Position numbers and translations under genes: made by a program. From Octopus sinensis (Eukaryota): a DNA stretch of 64,000 nt. The notes beneath the pieces are model-generated. The model saw nothing but the letters and a program-made list of their open reading frames with translations. It was not told the origin of the DNA and searched no databases. The stretch spans positions 17,236,001 through 17,300,000 of the forward strand of contig NC_043005.1 of assembly GCF_006345805.1 (NCBI RefSeq). The letters are read 5' to 3'. This document shows positions 51,476 to 64,000 of this stretch, in pieces (position 1 is the stretch's first letter; every line of letters starts with the position of its first letter).

Positions 51476-51737
51476 CCTGAAAAGCTCTACCTGCGACGAT
51501 TTCATCTCAATCGAAGGAGAGGAGCTTTCTCCGTCCAGGTTGCGGATCCGTGGAACAAGCTGACAGACGAGATGGTGAAGATGCCGACGACCGCTTTGTT
51601 CAAAGCCTCCCTGGACCTCAAGTGGCCTGAACTCTTTACATGAACACCACCCTGTACTTAACTCCATGTCCCCTTACATGGCCTTGCTATTTGCTTTTGA
51701 GCCAAATTAACTAACTAACTAACTAACTAACTAACTA
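51476..51737 (+). mobile_element. 5'-truncated CR1-type LINE 3' end with (TAAC)n tail
   Basis: 51476-51643 encodes PEKLYLRRFHLNRRRGAFSVQVADPWNKLTDEMVKMPTTALFKASLDLKWPELFT* (CR1 motif F.S.RV...WN.L...V......FK..LD). A short 3' UTR and (TAAC)n at ~51707-51737 follow. Confidence 0.85.
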
Positions 51738-52269
51738 CAAAACAGCTGGATGACCATGGCTGGAGTGGACTGATCAATGTGTCTCCTGGTTAAGGGCAGA
51801 CCTGGGGCTAAACAACACCTACAGTTGCATCAACACTTAATATACACAGCTACATAACAATGTGAGCTGCTACCATTAATTCAACTTCCCTATTGCACTA
51901 TACTCCACAACACCACCATGATAGCCACCACCAGCACCACCACCATCAGGATATACCAGTAGTAAACAATCCTACCATGAAGCAAGCTCCAGCAGCCCCC
52001 CCCCTCGGTTCCCCACCACCACACAGAAACCACTGCCGCCGCCACCACTGCCACCACTACCACTACCACCGCAGCTGCAACCACCACCACCACCACCACC
52101 ACCACCACAAGGATGTGTCAGCTGTGGTGAATATGTGATTCATAAGGAAGAAAGAAACCATGGGTGTGGTGGAGTTTAGCTATGAGATTTTTTTTTCTCT
52201 ATCTTCTCCACTACTGTAACACCACCACCTGTATCCCATTCCCACCTCTCCTTCCGGTTACCAAAGAAT

Positions 52270-53050
52270 ATATATATATATATATATATACATATACATG
52301 TGTATACACATATATATATATACATATACATGTGTATACACATATATATATACATATACATGTGTATACACATATATATATATACATATACATGTATATA
52401 CACATATACATGTATATACACATATATACATATACATGTATATACACATATATACATATACACATATACATGTATATACACATATACACATATACATGTA
52501 TATACACATATATACATATACATGTATATACACATATATACATATACATGTATATACACATATATACATATACATGTATATACACATATATACATATACA
52601 TGTATATACACATATATACATATACATGTATATACACATATATACATATACATGTATATACACATATAACATATACATGTATACACATATATACATATAC
52701 ATGTATATACACATATATACATATACATGTATATACACATATTACATATACATGTATATACACATATATACATATACATGTATATACACATATACATATA
52801 CATGTATATACACATATATATATACATGTATATACACATATATATATATACATGTATATACACATATATATAATATACATGTATATACACATATATATAT
52901 ATACATGTATATACACATATATATATATACATGTATATACACATATATATATACATGTATATACACATATATATACATATACATGTTTATATACATACAT
53001 ACATACACACACATATACATGTCTATATATTTATACATACATATGCACAC
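52270..53050. repeat. 26-bp alternating purine-pyrimidine minisatellite (CATGTATATACACATATATACATATA)n
   Basis: catgta recurs at 52521, 52547, 52573 and 52599 (26-bp period) with variant units at the edges. Confidence 0.9.
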
Positions 53051-53974
53051 ATAAGACCCAACACACACACACCACCACCAAGAGGGGTGAATAGGGCCTC
53101 TATGATCAAAAAGCCAAGGTATAATTGGTACCAAGTTGGTTAACGCTTGGAGACACAGTGTGTCAAAGTTTAGTGTATATAAACTCGCTATATAGAACAA
53201 CATATTATAAACACAGGCTGCGTAGATAATGTTTTATGTGTACGAACACTGTAAGGTGATGCATCGACAGAAACGGAAAAGAAGAGAATAAAATGCCTTG
53301 TGATGTTCCACTTTTAAATCCCAAGGTCATCCTCCTTTCTAAGGGTCACTGAAATAAATATGAGTTAAGTAGGCATCAAATCTATTTGCTGATAGCCTTC
53401 CCTTATACACATATATAAAACACAAAAAAAAAAAATGTGTGCCACTCTGACTATATTAAGAATCACTCAGGATAGATGAGCAGCAAAATAGGTAAAGCAT
53501 TCTACAGAATTCTTTGAAGTATTTAGTTATGTCTTCCAGGTTCTGAGTTCAAAAATCTTGCTGAGGTCAGCTTCCTTTTCACTCTTTCAAGTCGTTAAGA
53601 AAAAGTACAAGTCAAAATTTAGGTCATATTGTTTCATCTTTTTATAGGATACAGTGAACGGAGGAAGGGAAATTACTCATAGTTCCTTTTGAGGGCCTCT
53701 GTCTGTGACTGAGGGGGGGGGGAGCCATCAAATAGGTCATATCATATCATTTAATATCTATTGTCCATGCTGGCATGGGTTGCAGTGAATGGAGGAAGAG
53801 AAGTACACATGGCTCCTTTTGAAGGACTCTGTAACTGGTGGCAGGAAGTGGGGAGAGAAAGTTATCCTCATGGAATACTTGCAATAAAATCAGATTTCAT
53901 TAAAAGCACACGAGGGCACTCAGAATTTCCGGGTTGCTGTCTGGCATGCTGAAGTGAGGCATCCCTTAGCTTTT

Positions 53975-54278
53975 TTGTTTTGTTCCTTCTCGAGCCATGC
54001 CTGGCTCATAAGGGCCGGTTTCCCGGTTTCTTGGCGTATAGGATCCCCACCTGGACGGGACACCAGTCCGTCGCAGGTGAGCTGCAAGATGCAGGAGAAA
54101 AGAGTGAGAGAAAGTTGTGGTGAAAGACTCAGCAGAAGTTCACCATTACCTTCTGCCGGAGCCGCAGGGAGCTTAGGTGTTTTCCCTCATAAACACACAC
54201 ATCGCCCGGTCTGAGATTCGAACCCGCGATCCTTCGACCGCGAGTCCGCTGCTCTAACCACTAGGCCATGTGTCTCCA
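53975..54278 (-). mobile_element. Young tRNA-derived SINE family D with 15-bp TSD
   Basis: TSD CATCCCTTAGCTTTT at 53960-74 and 54279-93. The head has A box TGGCCTAGTGG and B box GGTTCGAATC; the tail is A-rich. A decayed relative lies at ~62635-62975. Confidence 0.9.
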
Positions 54279-55161
54279 CATCCCTTAGCTTTTGTTAAAG
54301 CATGTCTCTATTACTTCAAACCCTGGCTACATCTGTTCAGATAATTGGCAGTGACTTGGTCAGCGAATCCTCTATGAACACTGTAGAAGATACAGGGGCA
54401 TTGGTAGAAGAAATTTGTCCATGGTGCTATGGAGTGAGACTGAACCTGAAACCATGGGTTGAGAAGCAAGCTTCTCATTCCCACGGCCATGGCCTTTGTC
54501 TTAGATCTATGATTAGATACATTTCATCTATGACCATTCAATAATCATTCTTCCAGATACAACATAACTAAAACTATAGAATCCAATACGTCTTTGTGTT
54601 TAAAATGGTGTGTTTTGGGGAGAAAATTTGGCAGCTATTTTTCACAGACTGGGCAATCATATAGATTGATAGTATATCTTGGACTACTTTGAGCAATGTG
54701 ACCTTTCCTATTTTAAGTCAGTAAAATGTAATATAAAAGGGATTTGGCAGTTATTTCTAGCACTGAGTTGGAGAACGACATCAGTTATAAATTTTCCAGC
54801 TGTGGTTTTCCAAATTATGACAGTGCATTATTATGATGCTAACTTCAAATAGTTTCTTCCTTTATAGAATAGGAAACCAATTGAAGTAATTAATAGTAAT
54901 TATTGCACTCTCACGTCCTTAATAAATGAGAGTGGTTCGTAACGAGCTGAGGAAGATGACTTAGTCTGTCTCTCTAGAACTTAGCTCTTCAACACAAGCT
55001 CCAACTACTATCTAATACACAAACCAACAAGGGGGTGGTGACTCAAGTGATAGCTTCACCTGCTACAAATAGCAGCCAAATTGCCCTCAAATCATATCCT
55101 GCTGCCTTAACCCTTTTGTTACCATATTTCCGTTTAGACGCCCTGTGTTTCTTTAAATTAA

Positions 55162-55548
55162 TCATTATATATAAAAGAGAGGTTGTGTGCTGTCTGTCTC
55201 CTACGATTTAGATTCCTAACTACTCCCACATTTTGCGGTGCAGTGTAACCAAAACCGGGTATCTTATAGTCGTGATTCATATCAAGCCCTTCTGGGTATT
55301 AGCGCGCGTCTACGATGAGTCTACGATTTTTTAAATAATTCACCATTTTTTTCCATTTTAATGCATTTTTTCGCTGTTATATAAGGGAAGTAACTCTCTA
55401 AAAATGTCTACGATGAGTCAACGATTTAAAAAAAAATTTACCATAATTTTTTTTCCATTTTTAATGCATTTTTTTGCTATAACTCTCTAAAAATGCTTAT
55501 ATAGTTATTTCCCTTACAAACCCGAGCAACGCCGGGCGATACTGCTAG
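55162..55548 (+). mobile_element. Helitron-like family 2 copy nested in a TTAA MITE
   Basis: A|TC...CTAG|T, splitting MITE-A 55111-55720 without a TSD. Confidence 0.85.
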
Positions 55549-56140
55549 TTTTAAATATAACAAAGAATTTAGTAAAAATAACTTGGTTATCATTAAACTA
55601 GTGTTAGGAACATAAATTGCGATTAAGGTTTAGTGGAAGATTTTAACTCAGAACTTTTGAAAACAAGACATTTGTACTCCAGAGCCAGAAGTGGTTTCAG
55701 CCAGGTTGGTATCAAAAGGGTTAAAAAGAAAAAGTTGTAGCAGAGGGTGATGCAGTCCTAGATTTCAGCCCAAGGACACTTTTGGTCATATGCTTCCTAT
55801 ATCTACTCCATCACTTCTTAACATGGAAACAATATATATACATACATATATATATATATATACATATACCAGAGTAGAGAAAATAGTACTCAAATACCGG
55901 AGGTAGAGTAATGTGCTTTATTAATGAAGCTGCAAAGACTTCACAGAAACTGCTACTCAAAGTTTCACATTCCTGTTTGTCAGACAGTTTTGATTCTCAA
56001 CCAAAACTGTCCAACAAATGGGAATGTGAAACTCTGAGTAACAGGTTTTGTGATGTCTTTGTAGTTCTATTAATAAAGTATATGTCTGTATATATATATG
56101 TGTATATATGTATGTATATATATGTATGTGTATATATGTA

Positions 56141-56172
<32 letters not shown>

Positions 56173-56529
56173 CACACGCATACACACACATACACACACA
56201 CATACATACATAATTATACATACCAAGCAAGTATTTGCTCATTACTAAGCTCTAACAACATTCACAACAATACAGCAACACACACACAACACAGCGACAT
56301 GCACAATAACACAACGAAATGCACACACACACACGCATACACACTGTAACAATAAATCTAGACATCCCTAATCCTTGCATAGTAGGTTCGTGACTTACAG
56401 ATTAATACAAAGAAACACATCATATACACCTTAATAGCCTACAGACATACACCTCACCAACACACACACATTATGGTGCATAGTGACCTACAGTTACTTC
56501 CCCTGTTACTCCTGCATATATGAAACTCC

Positions 56530-56943
56530 GGATCTTTTCGGTTTGAACGGCAGTTTTTTTCCAGCAGTGTCATATGAAATTGTCACCCATAATTATGACC
56601 CTAGTATCGATCTATTGCATTTCAATCTGTTTTAGGGTTAGGGATAGGGGGAAGGGTATCTTTTTTTCTTCACAAATGTAAATAAACCCAATCTGTTTCT
56701 TAAACGAGGGACATATTCATACGGCACAGAATGCTTTTTACCTCAATAGATGTCACTGATTGGTTGAAATTGCAGAAATTGAAGAAAAAACAACAACAAA
56801 TATCTTACAAACAATAGAATTTTCTCAATAAAGCCAAGAGAAAAAAGATGTTTTATAAACACATTCTACCAGTATACGAAGTTTAAAATTTTTTAGTTAC
56901 CTAGAAATTAAGTCAAAAACTGCCGTTCAAACCGAAAAGATCC
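56530..56943. mobile_element. MITE with GGATC termini, ~28-bp TIR, 8-bp TSD and internal TTAGGG-like tract
   Basis: TIR GGATCTTTTCGGTTTGAACGGCAGTTTT; perfect TSD GAAACTCC at 56522-29 and 56944-51. Confidence 0.9.
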
Positions 56944-58476
56944 GAAACTCCTTCCTTTCCCTATCCCCTTCCAGTCATTCTACCTCCAACCATCTTCAAC
57001 ATGACCCGATATAGATTCATGTGTATTTCTCCATTATTTTAATCTTTATCCTTTTCTCTACACTTTTCCATATTCTTATATATATACAATGGGCTTCTTT
57101 CAGTTTCCGTCTACCAAATCAACTCACAAGGCTTTGGGCAGCATGAGGCTATAGTAGAAGACACTTGCCCAAGACACCATGCAGTGGGACTGAACCCAGA
57201 ACCATGTGGTTGATAAGTAAGCTACTTACCACACAGCCACTCCTGCGCCTATATGTTCAATTTTCCAGAGAATAGTTTAAGTTTAAAACAAAGACATTTC
57301 TACTTTCTTCTCAATGAGTAACAAACTCATAATTACACTTTGTTCTCCATTCGTCTCCTGTGCTCTTACCCTCATTATTGTGTGCAAGTGGGTTGGGGTC
57401 ATGTGGCTGAGCATGAGAAGGCCTCACCACAAATAGCTGAAAACTTAACTGAAAAATCAATACAGTAAAGCCTGAGAGACCAAAATCTCACAAGGTAGAA
57501 TGCCAAACGTTGAAAGATCAAAATTCTAAATTTTTAACTATTTTAGGGGAAAATAATAAGAAAAACTGTCTTAAAAGCTATTTATCGAGTTTTTTCTTCT
57601 TTTTTATCACACTTCAGCAATATCAGAATCACAAAAGTGAAATTTTGTAAGCCTATGAAAAGAAAAAAGAAAAATGGAAAACTGTATTGCACGGATATAC
57701 TAAAGGCATGAATACAAACTGCAGTAATTTATTTATTGAATATTTCCATTTTTTCTTTCAATAGACCAGCTACTAGGCTGTGTGGTAAGTAACTTGCATA
57801 CGAACCACGTGGTTCCGGGGTTCAGTCCCACTGTGTAGTACCATGGGCAAGTGTCTTCTACTATAGCCTCGGGCCAACCAAAGCCTTGTGAGTGGATTTG
57901 GTAGGCGGAAACTGAAAGAAGCCCATCGCTTGACAACCAATGCTGGTGTGTTTACGTCCCCATAACTTAACGGTTCAGCAAAAGAGACCGATAGAATAAG
58001 TACTAGGCTTACAAAGAATAAGTCCTGGGTCGATTTGCTCAACTAAAGGCGGTGCTCCAGCATGTCCACAGTCAAATGACTGGAACAAGTAAAAGAGTAA
58101 AAAAAAAAAGAGTAAGTGATGGCTAAGTTTTTTTTTCTAACGAGTGAGTGAGAGAGCATAGATAGACCCTAATACATGAGCAAGTAGATATACAAACAAA
58201 AAGCAAGAGAGAAAACTCAAGGGCTTACTCAGTCACTACTTTTACTCTCCAAATTTCAAATTCTATCATTATATACATGTGTAGTAGAGTCAGTAAGGCA
58301 GCGAGGTGAAATACTTAGCTGTATTTTGTCCGTCGCTACGTTCTGAGTTCAAATTCCACTGAGGTTGACTTTGCCCTTCATCCTTTCAGGGTTGATAAAT
58401 TAAGTACCAGTTGCATACTGGGGTTGATCTAATCGACTGCCTTCCTCCCCCAAAATTTTGGGCCTTGTGCCTAGAG

Positions 58477-58677
58477 CAGTGCTTTTCAAACTTTTTGCTG
58501 GAGCGGAACCCCAAGGAAACATTCCACTGGCTCGAGGAACCCCTGTGCAATAATTTAATAGTCTTATGCACACATATCTGCACAGGAGAATTAAAAATTA
58601 CTGCCGATTTTAGCAGTTTTGTAACTTCTTGCGGAACCCCTGCACTGTGCTGGTGGAACCCTGGTTGAAAACCACTG
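58477..58677. mobile_element. hAT (Charlie/Buster-like) MITE inserted in a SINE-B end
   Basis: CAGTGCTTTTCAA...TTGAAAACCACTG with perfect TSD GCCTAGAG (central TA) at 58469-76 and 58678-85. A related right end lies at 421-471. Confidence 0.9.
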
Positions 58678-59334
58678 GCCTAGAGTATAAAATATATCCT
58701 TACTTTTAAGGCAGTGATCTGGCAGAAACGTTAACACGGCAGGCGAAATGTTTAGCTGTATTTCGTCTGCCACTACGTTGTGAGTTCAAATTCTGCTGAA
58801 GTCGACTTTGCCTTTCATCCCTTCGGGGGTCGATAAATTAAGTGCCACTTATGCACTGGGGTCGATGTAATCAACTAATCCCCTCCCCACAAATTTCAGG
58901 CCTTGTGCCTAGAGTAGAAAGGATTGCTAAGTGTGTGTGTGTGTGTGTGAGGAGAGAGAGACAGGTAGACAAGCAGAAGGAGAGGAGGAGAGAGAAAGCT
59001 TTGTTAGAGCAACACAGGAATTTTCCTAAACATGTTTAACTGGAACAGTTTGTGCAGGATGTAAAAATCCCCTTTAACCTTCTTCCCTCTCCTTTCTCCT
59101 AGATACAGACCCTACCTGGCACAATCCTGGGGGAGGGGATATTTTCAAGTCTTCTGACATGCACTCTTCTATATTGACTTATAGAACCAGAGAAAGGCAC
59201 GGAATGAGAAAAATGTCTCTCGGTCTCTCACACACGCACACACACACACAAGCAAACAAACACACATGCATGCACACACAGACACACATGTGTTCATACA
59301 TACAAGCACATGTATCAGCATGTCTATGTGTGTG

Positions 59335-59920
59335 TACATATATATATATATACATATATATATACATATATATATACATATATACATATATATATACATA
59401 TATATATACATATATACACACACATATATACACACATATATACACACATATATACACACATATATACACACATATATACACACATATATACATATATATA
59501 TACACATATATATATACATACATATATATATATATGTATGTATATATATATATATATGTATGTATATATATATATATGTATGTATATATGTATGTATATA
59601 TATATATGTGTATATATATATGTATATATGTGTGTATATATGTGTGTATATATGTGTGTATATATGTGTATATATATGTGTATATATATGTGTATATATG
59701 TGTGTATATATGTGTGTATATATATGTGTATATATATGTATGTATATATGTATGTATATATATGTATATATATATGTATATATATATATATGTATATATA
59801 CATACATATATACATACATATATACATACATATATACATACATATATATATACATATATATATACATATATATATATACATATACATATATATATATATA
59901 TACATACATACACACACACA
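59335..59920. repeat. Compound TA/CA/TG microsatellite with internal strand inversion
   Basis: A tatacacaca-type block (~59410-59510) is followed by a tatatgtgtg-type block (~59600-59720), then CA-type sequence again. Confidence 0.9.
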
Positions 59921-60258
59921 ATGAAAGAAAAACAAAATGTACACGTGGTTAATTTTCTTCCTCAATTAAGTACGACCAAGGCCACCACCACCAATATTGC
60001 CAACAGCTTCTCCACAATTACCCACACCACCACCACCACCACCAACAACAACACTGATACTACAACTACAAGTTCTATCATGTAACCACAGCATCACCAC
60101 CACCACCAAAATCTATACACCACCACTGCCACTAATAATACTACTTCAACCATCATTACTACTGCTGCCAAGTGCACCACCCCCACCATTTCCATGAGGC
60201 CACCATTCCTCATCACCACCACATAAGGATAGATAGACAGACAGATAGATATACCTGT

Positions 60259-60296
<38 letters not shown>

Positions 60297-63200
60297 TGTG
60301 TGTGTACAGTGTGGGAGAAAAGGGAAGGAGATACAACTTAAGTCACTTAATTGTTTCTGGGGTTTGTCAAGCTCAACAATCCCTCTATCTTTCTATCTCC
60401 CAAGCTATCTCTCCATCTTATCAACACCCTAAGCTCCTCTTCCTCAAATCTTACAAATAAAAAAAAAATAAATAAATAAATAAAAAAAAACCCCATCCAC
60501 CTTGCCAACAGGCTAAATTTCTTGTCAACCTAGATAACACCCTTTTTTTTTTTCCTTTCCTTATTATTTATTTATTTATCTTCCTCTTTCCTAATTGACA
60601 ATTTGACAATTTAGCAGAGCCTTAGTACTTAGACTTAACTCACCTACACCGCACTACAGATGTACAAATATACACGCACAGGTACACAAACACTCACACG
60701 AATACACACACACACACACACACACACACAGATACACACATAAAAAAAAGAAACAAACAAAAGAATGCCTGAATGGGTGTTAAGTCAGAGTGAGATTTGA
60801 ACCCTTTTAATTTCCTAAATAAAGAGGTGTTGCTTGTTGACTGTCCCAGGTGTTTGACAGGGAGACATGTGGAGGGGCTGCCTTTTGCCTTTTACTTGCT
60901 TATTTCAATCATTAGACTGCGACCATGCTGGGGCACCCCACCTTGAAGGTTTTAGTTGAATAAACTTGACCCCCTCCCTCCCTGCCCCACCAACTTACTT
61001 TTCAAGTCTGGTATGTGTTCGCTTCTCTGTTTTGCTGAACTGTTAAATTTCAGGGACATAAACAAACCAACAATGGGTGGGAGGTGGCAAACACACACAC
61101 ACACACACGACAGTCTCCCACACAGTTTCTGCCCTCTCAATTCACTTGCGAGACATGGGTTAGCCTGAAGCAATAGAAGAAGACAATTGCCCAAGGTGGA
61201 GCAGAGTGGAACTGAACCTGAAACCATGTGATTATAAACCAAGTCTTCATAACCACACAATCATGCCAGCACCAATGTGGAAAAAAACCAACCCCCACCC
61301 CCACTCCATGTTGTACTTCAAAAGGGAGAGGAAGAGTTTCAGGAGGGAAAGAGAGAGGGGGAGGTACAAGAAGGAAAGAGAGAGAGAGAGAGAGAGAGAG
61401 AGTCCAAGTGGAAAGGGTACTTGGCTGTTGTTTAGCCTCAGGTCAGCCTTGAGTAACAATCAAAAGCAATTTCAAGTTATGGCCACATTGTCTTTCTCTT
61501 GGCATAACATATCTAGGACTACATTATCTAATGTGTCCCCTTGTTTTAAGACAGTGGGATGTAGTCTGAAAGAGACCTGGCTGCTATTTCTAGTAGAATT
61601 GGCAACCATAAACAGACTACCTTGGTTTGAATGGTAAGGCTGTTAAATGGAGCTGGGGATATCCAAACATTTTAGTTAGAACCATCATGATTTAGCAAAA
61701 GAAAACAATTCTACTTAATATTTATCTAGTGAGAACAGACAAACTTATTAAACTCAGCAACTTATATCAATTGTGTTATGATTTTGGCAATCCTGGGTGA
61801 TGGCTGGGCATGTTCCAACCTTATTGGACCTCTTCAGTGAAGCATGGTCGTCTCTGTATTTGGTGAATATTTCAAAATCCTACCTAAATTAAAAAAGCAT
61901 TATTTGATGAATGATTGGAGAATCATTAGTGTCATAGTGTCTTGTTCCTTTTGAGATTGATAAAATAAGTACCAGCTGAATACTGGGGTGATGATGTAAT
62001 ATACTTAACCCTGTCCCCAAAACTGCTGGTTTTGTGCTAAAATTTGAAACCTTTCAACAGCAATGAGCTGGCAGAATCATTCGTAATATTGGACAAAATA
62101 CTCAGCAGCGTTTCTTTCCATTCTGAGTTCAAATTCTGCCGAAGTCAACTTTGTCTTTCATACTCTTGGGGTTGAAATAACCAACTAACCATCTCCTCAA
62201 ATGTGCTAGCTTTGTGCCAAAATTAGGAATTATTATAATTATTATCATTATTAAGGTGGTAAGCTGGTAGAATTGTTAGCATGCTGGACAAAATACTTAG
62301 TGGTATTTCGCCTGTAGTTACGTTCTGAGTTCAAATTCCACTGAGGTCGACTTTGTCTTTCATTCTTTGGACTCGCTAAATTAAGTACCATTTGAGTACT
62401 GGGATCGATGTAATCGACTATCACCCTCCCCTAAATTTGAGGCCTTCTGCTTTTAGTAGACACAATTATTATTATACCTCAGGTATCTAAAAGGTTTCGC
62501 CAACATGTTCCATACATTCACTTTAACATGAAGTCTCTATAAAGAACAGTGTGTTCCATTCTAAATAAGGCTATTTCTCAGTGGTGTGTGTGTGTGTGTA
62601 TGTGTGTACACACACACATATATATATAATGTAGAGATGCAATGGCCCAGTGGTTAGGGCAGTTGACTGGTGGTCATAAGACACACTTGCAATTCCCAGA
62701 CCAGGCTTTGTGAATGTTTATTGAGTGAAAACCCCTAAAGTTCCATGTAGCTCTGGCAGGGTGTGGTGGCATACCCTGCTGTATTCTTCCACCACAACTT
62801 TCTTCCTGTTTCTGTTGTACCTGTATTTCAAAGGACCAGCCTTGTTGCACTCTGTGTCACGCTGAATCTCCCCCGAGAACTACGTTAAGAGTACACGTGT
62901 CTGTGGAGTGCTCAGCCACTAGCATGTTAATTTCACGAGCTGGCTGTTCCGTTGATCGAATCAACTGGAAACCTTACTCTCTCTTTTACTTTGTTTCAGT
63001 CATTTGACTGTGGCCATGCTGGAGCACCACCTTTAGTCGAGCATATCGACCCCAGGACTTATTCTTTGTAAGCCTAGTACTTATTCTATCAGTCTCTTTT
63101 GCTGAACTGCTAAGTTACAGGGACGTAAACACACCAGCATCAGATGTGAAGCAATGTTGGGGGGGACAAACACACACACACACACATATATATACGTTGG

Positions 63201-63590
63201 GCTTCTTTCAGTTTCCATCTACCAAATCCACTCACAAGGCTTTGGTCGGCCCGAGGGTATAGTAGAAGACAATTGCCCAAGGTGTCATGCAGTGGGACTG
63301 AACCCGGAACCACGTGGTTGGTAAGCAAACTACTTACCACACAGCCACTCCTACACCTTCCTTATTGTCATAACCAAGGGAGTGCCACGATATATATATA
63401 TAATGGATGATCAACAGAATCTTAGATGTATTTTGCACTGCTTGTTTTGACTACTACTACTGCTGCTACTGCTACTACTGTTCCACTTATAATGGGGACA
63501 ATCTCAATCTAGATCCACACCCCATCCTGTTGAGAACAACTTTGTTGCCATTTTTAAACAATCTTCCAACATTGATAAAATAAGTACAAG

Positions 63591-63646
63591 TTGGTGTATT
63601 GAGATTGGTGTATTGAGATTGGTGTATTGAGATTGGTGTATTGAGA
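63591..63646. repeat. Perfect 14-bp tandem repeat x4 (TTGGTGTATTGAGA)
   Basis: Units start at 63591, 63605, 63619 and 63633. Confidence 0.95.
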
Positions 63647-64000
63647 TTGATTAAATCAACACATCTTCCCACAAAAATAAGTGGCACTGTGCCAATCTGA
63701 GGAATCTCTATAATTTTGGTGGAGGCAGCAGTAAAGTAACATCCAGGAATAACGGCAACAGACATCTTACAGCATTTAGTTACTGCCCGGATTGACTTTG
63801 CCCTTCAAAAAAAAAAAAAAATAATAATAATAATCATCATCATCGTCGTTTAACGTCCATTTTCCGCGCTAGCACGGGTTGGATGGTTCGACCGGGGTCT
63901 GGGAAGCCAGGGGCTGCACCAGGCTCCAGTCTGATCTGGCAGAGTTTCTACAGCTGGATGCCCTTCCTAACGCCAACCACTCCGCGAGTGTAGTGGGTGC

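Noticed and set aside
54200-54278. tRNA gene candidate
   Set aside because: A and B boxes are present but the acceptor stem cannot form, and it continues into a SINE body with tail and TSD.
61760-61885. Minus-strand candidate exon reading ...KVGTCPAITQDCQNHNTIDISC* (WAP-like spacing) after a good acceptor
   Set aside because: A required cysteine is missing, there is an in-frame stop, and no donor site precedes it. Probably chance.
63591-63646. CRISPR-like or iteron array
   Set aside because: Contiguous repeats with no spacers in a eukaryotic context. The SINE-B tandem arrays likewise lack unique spacers.

Overview
AT-rich, repeat-saturated eukaryotic DNA. The SINE/MITE repertoire and (TA)n/(CA)n density look like an octopus or other coleoid cephalopod genome; this is inferred from pattern recognition, not from a database search. 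Only one convincing host coding exon was found: a 297-nt, phase 0-0, minus-strand exon encoding the core of a NIDO domain (35449-35745). The rest behaves like intron or intergenic DNA. It holds dozens of tRNA-derived and other SINE copies (several with perfect TSDs, some nested or in tandem), LINE remnants (RTE, CR1), and non-autonomous DNA transposons (piggyBac-like TTAA, hAT-like 8-bp TSD, Tc1/mariner/pogo TA, Helitron-like). Most ORFs in the supplied track are microsatellite or SINE artefacts. The most interesting signal is a set of minimal hammerhead-ribozyme-like folds in three unrelated sequence families, two of them arranged as divergent inverted pairs typical of Penelope-like pLTRs. 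One family carries a G3:C8 swap of the conserved C3:G8 core pair. A dense same-strand cluster of (A/T)ANTAGGTCA-like motifs at ~25.8-27.0 kb is also unexplained. All coordinates and alignments were done by eye, so repeat boundaries without TSDs are approximate.
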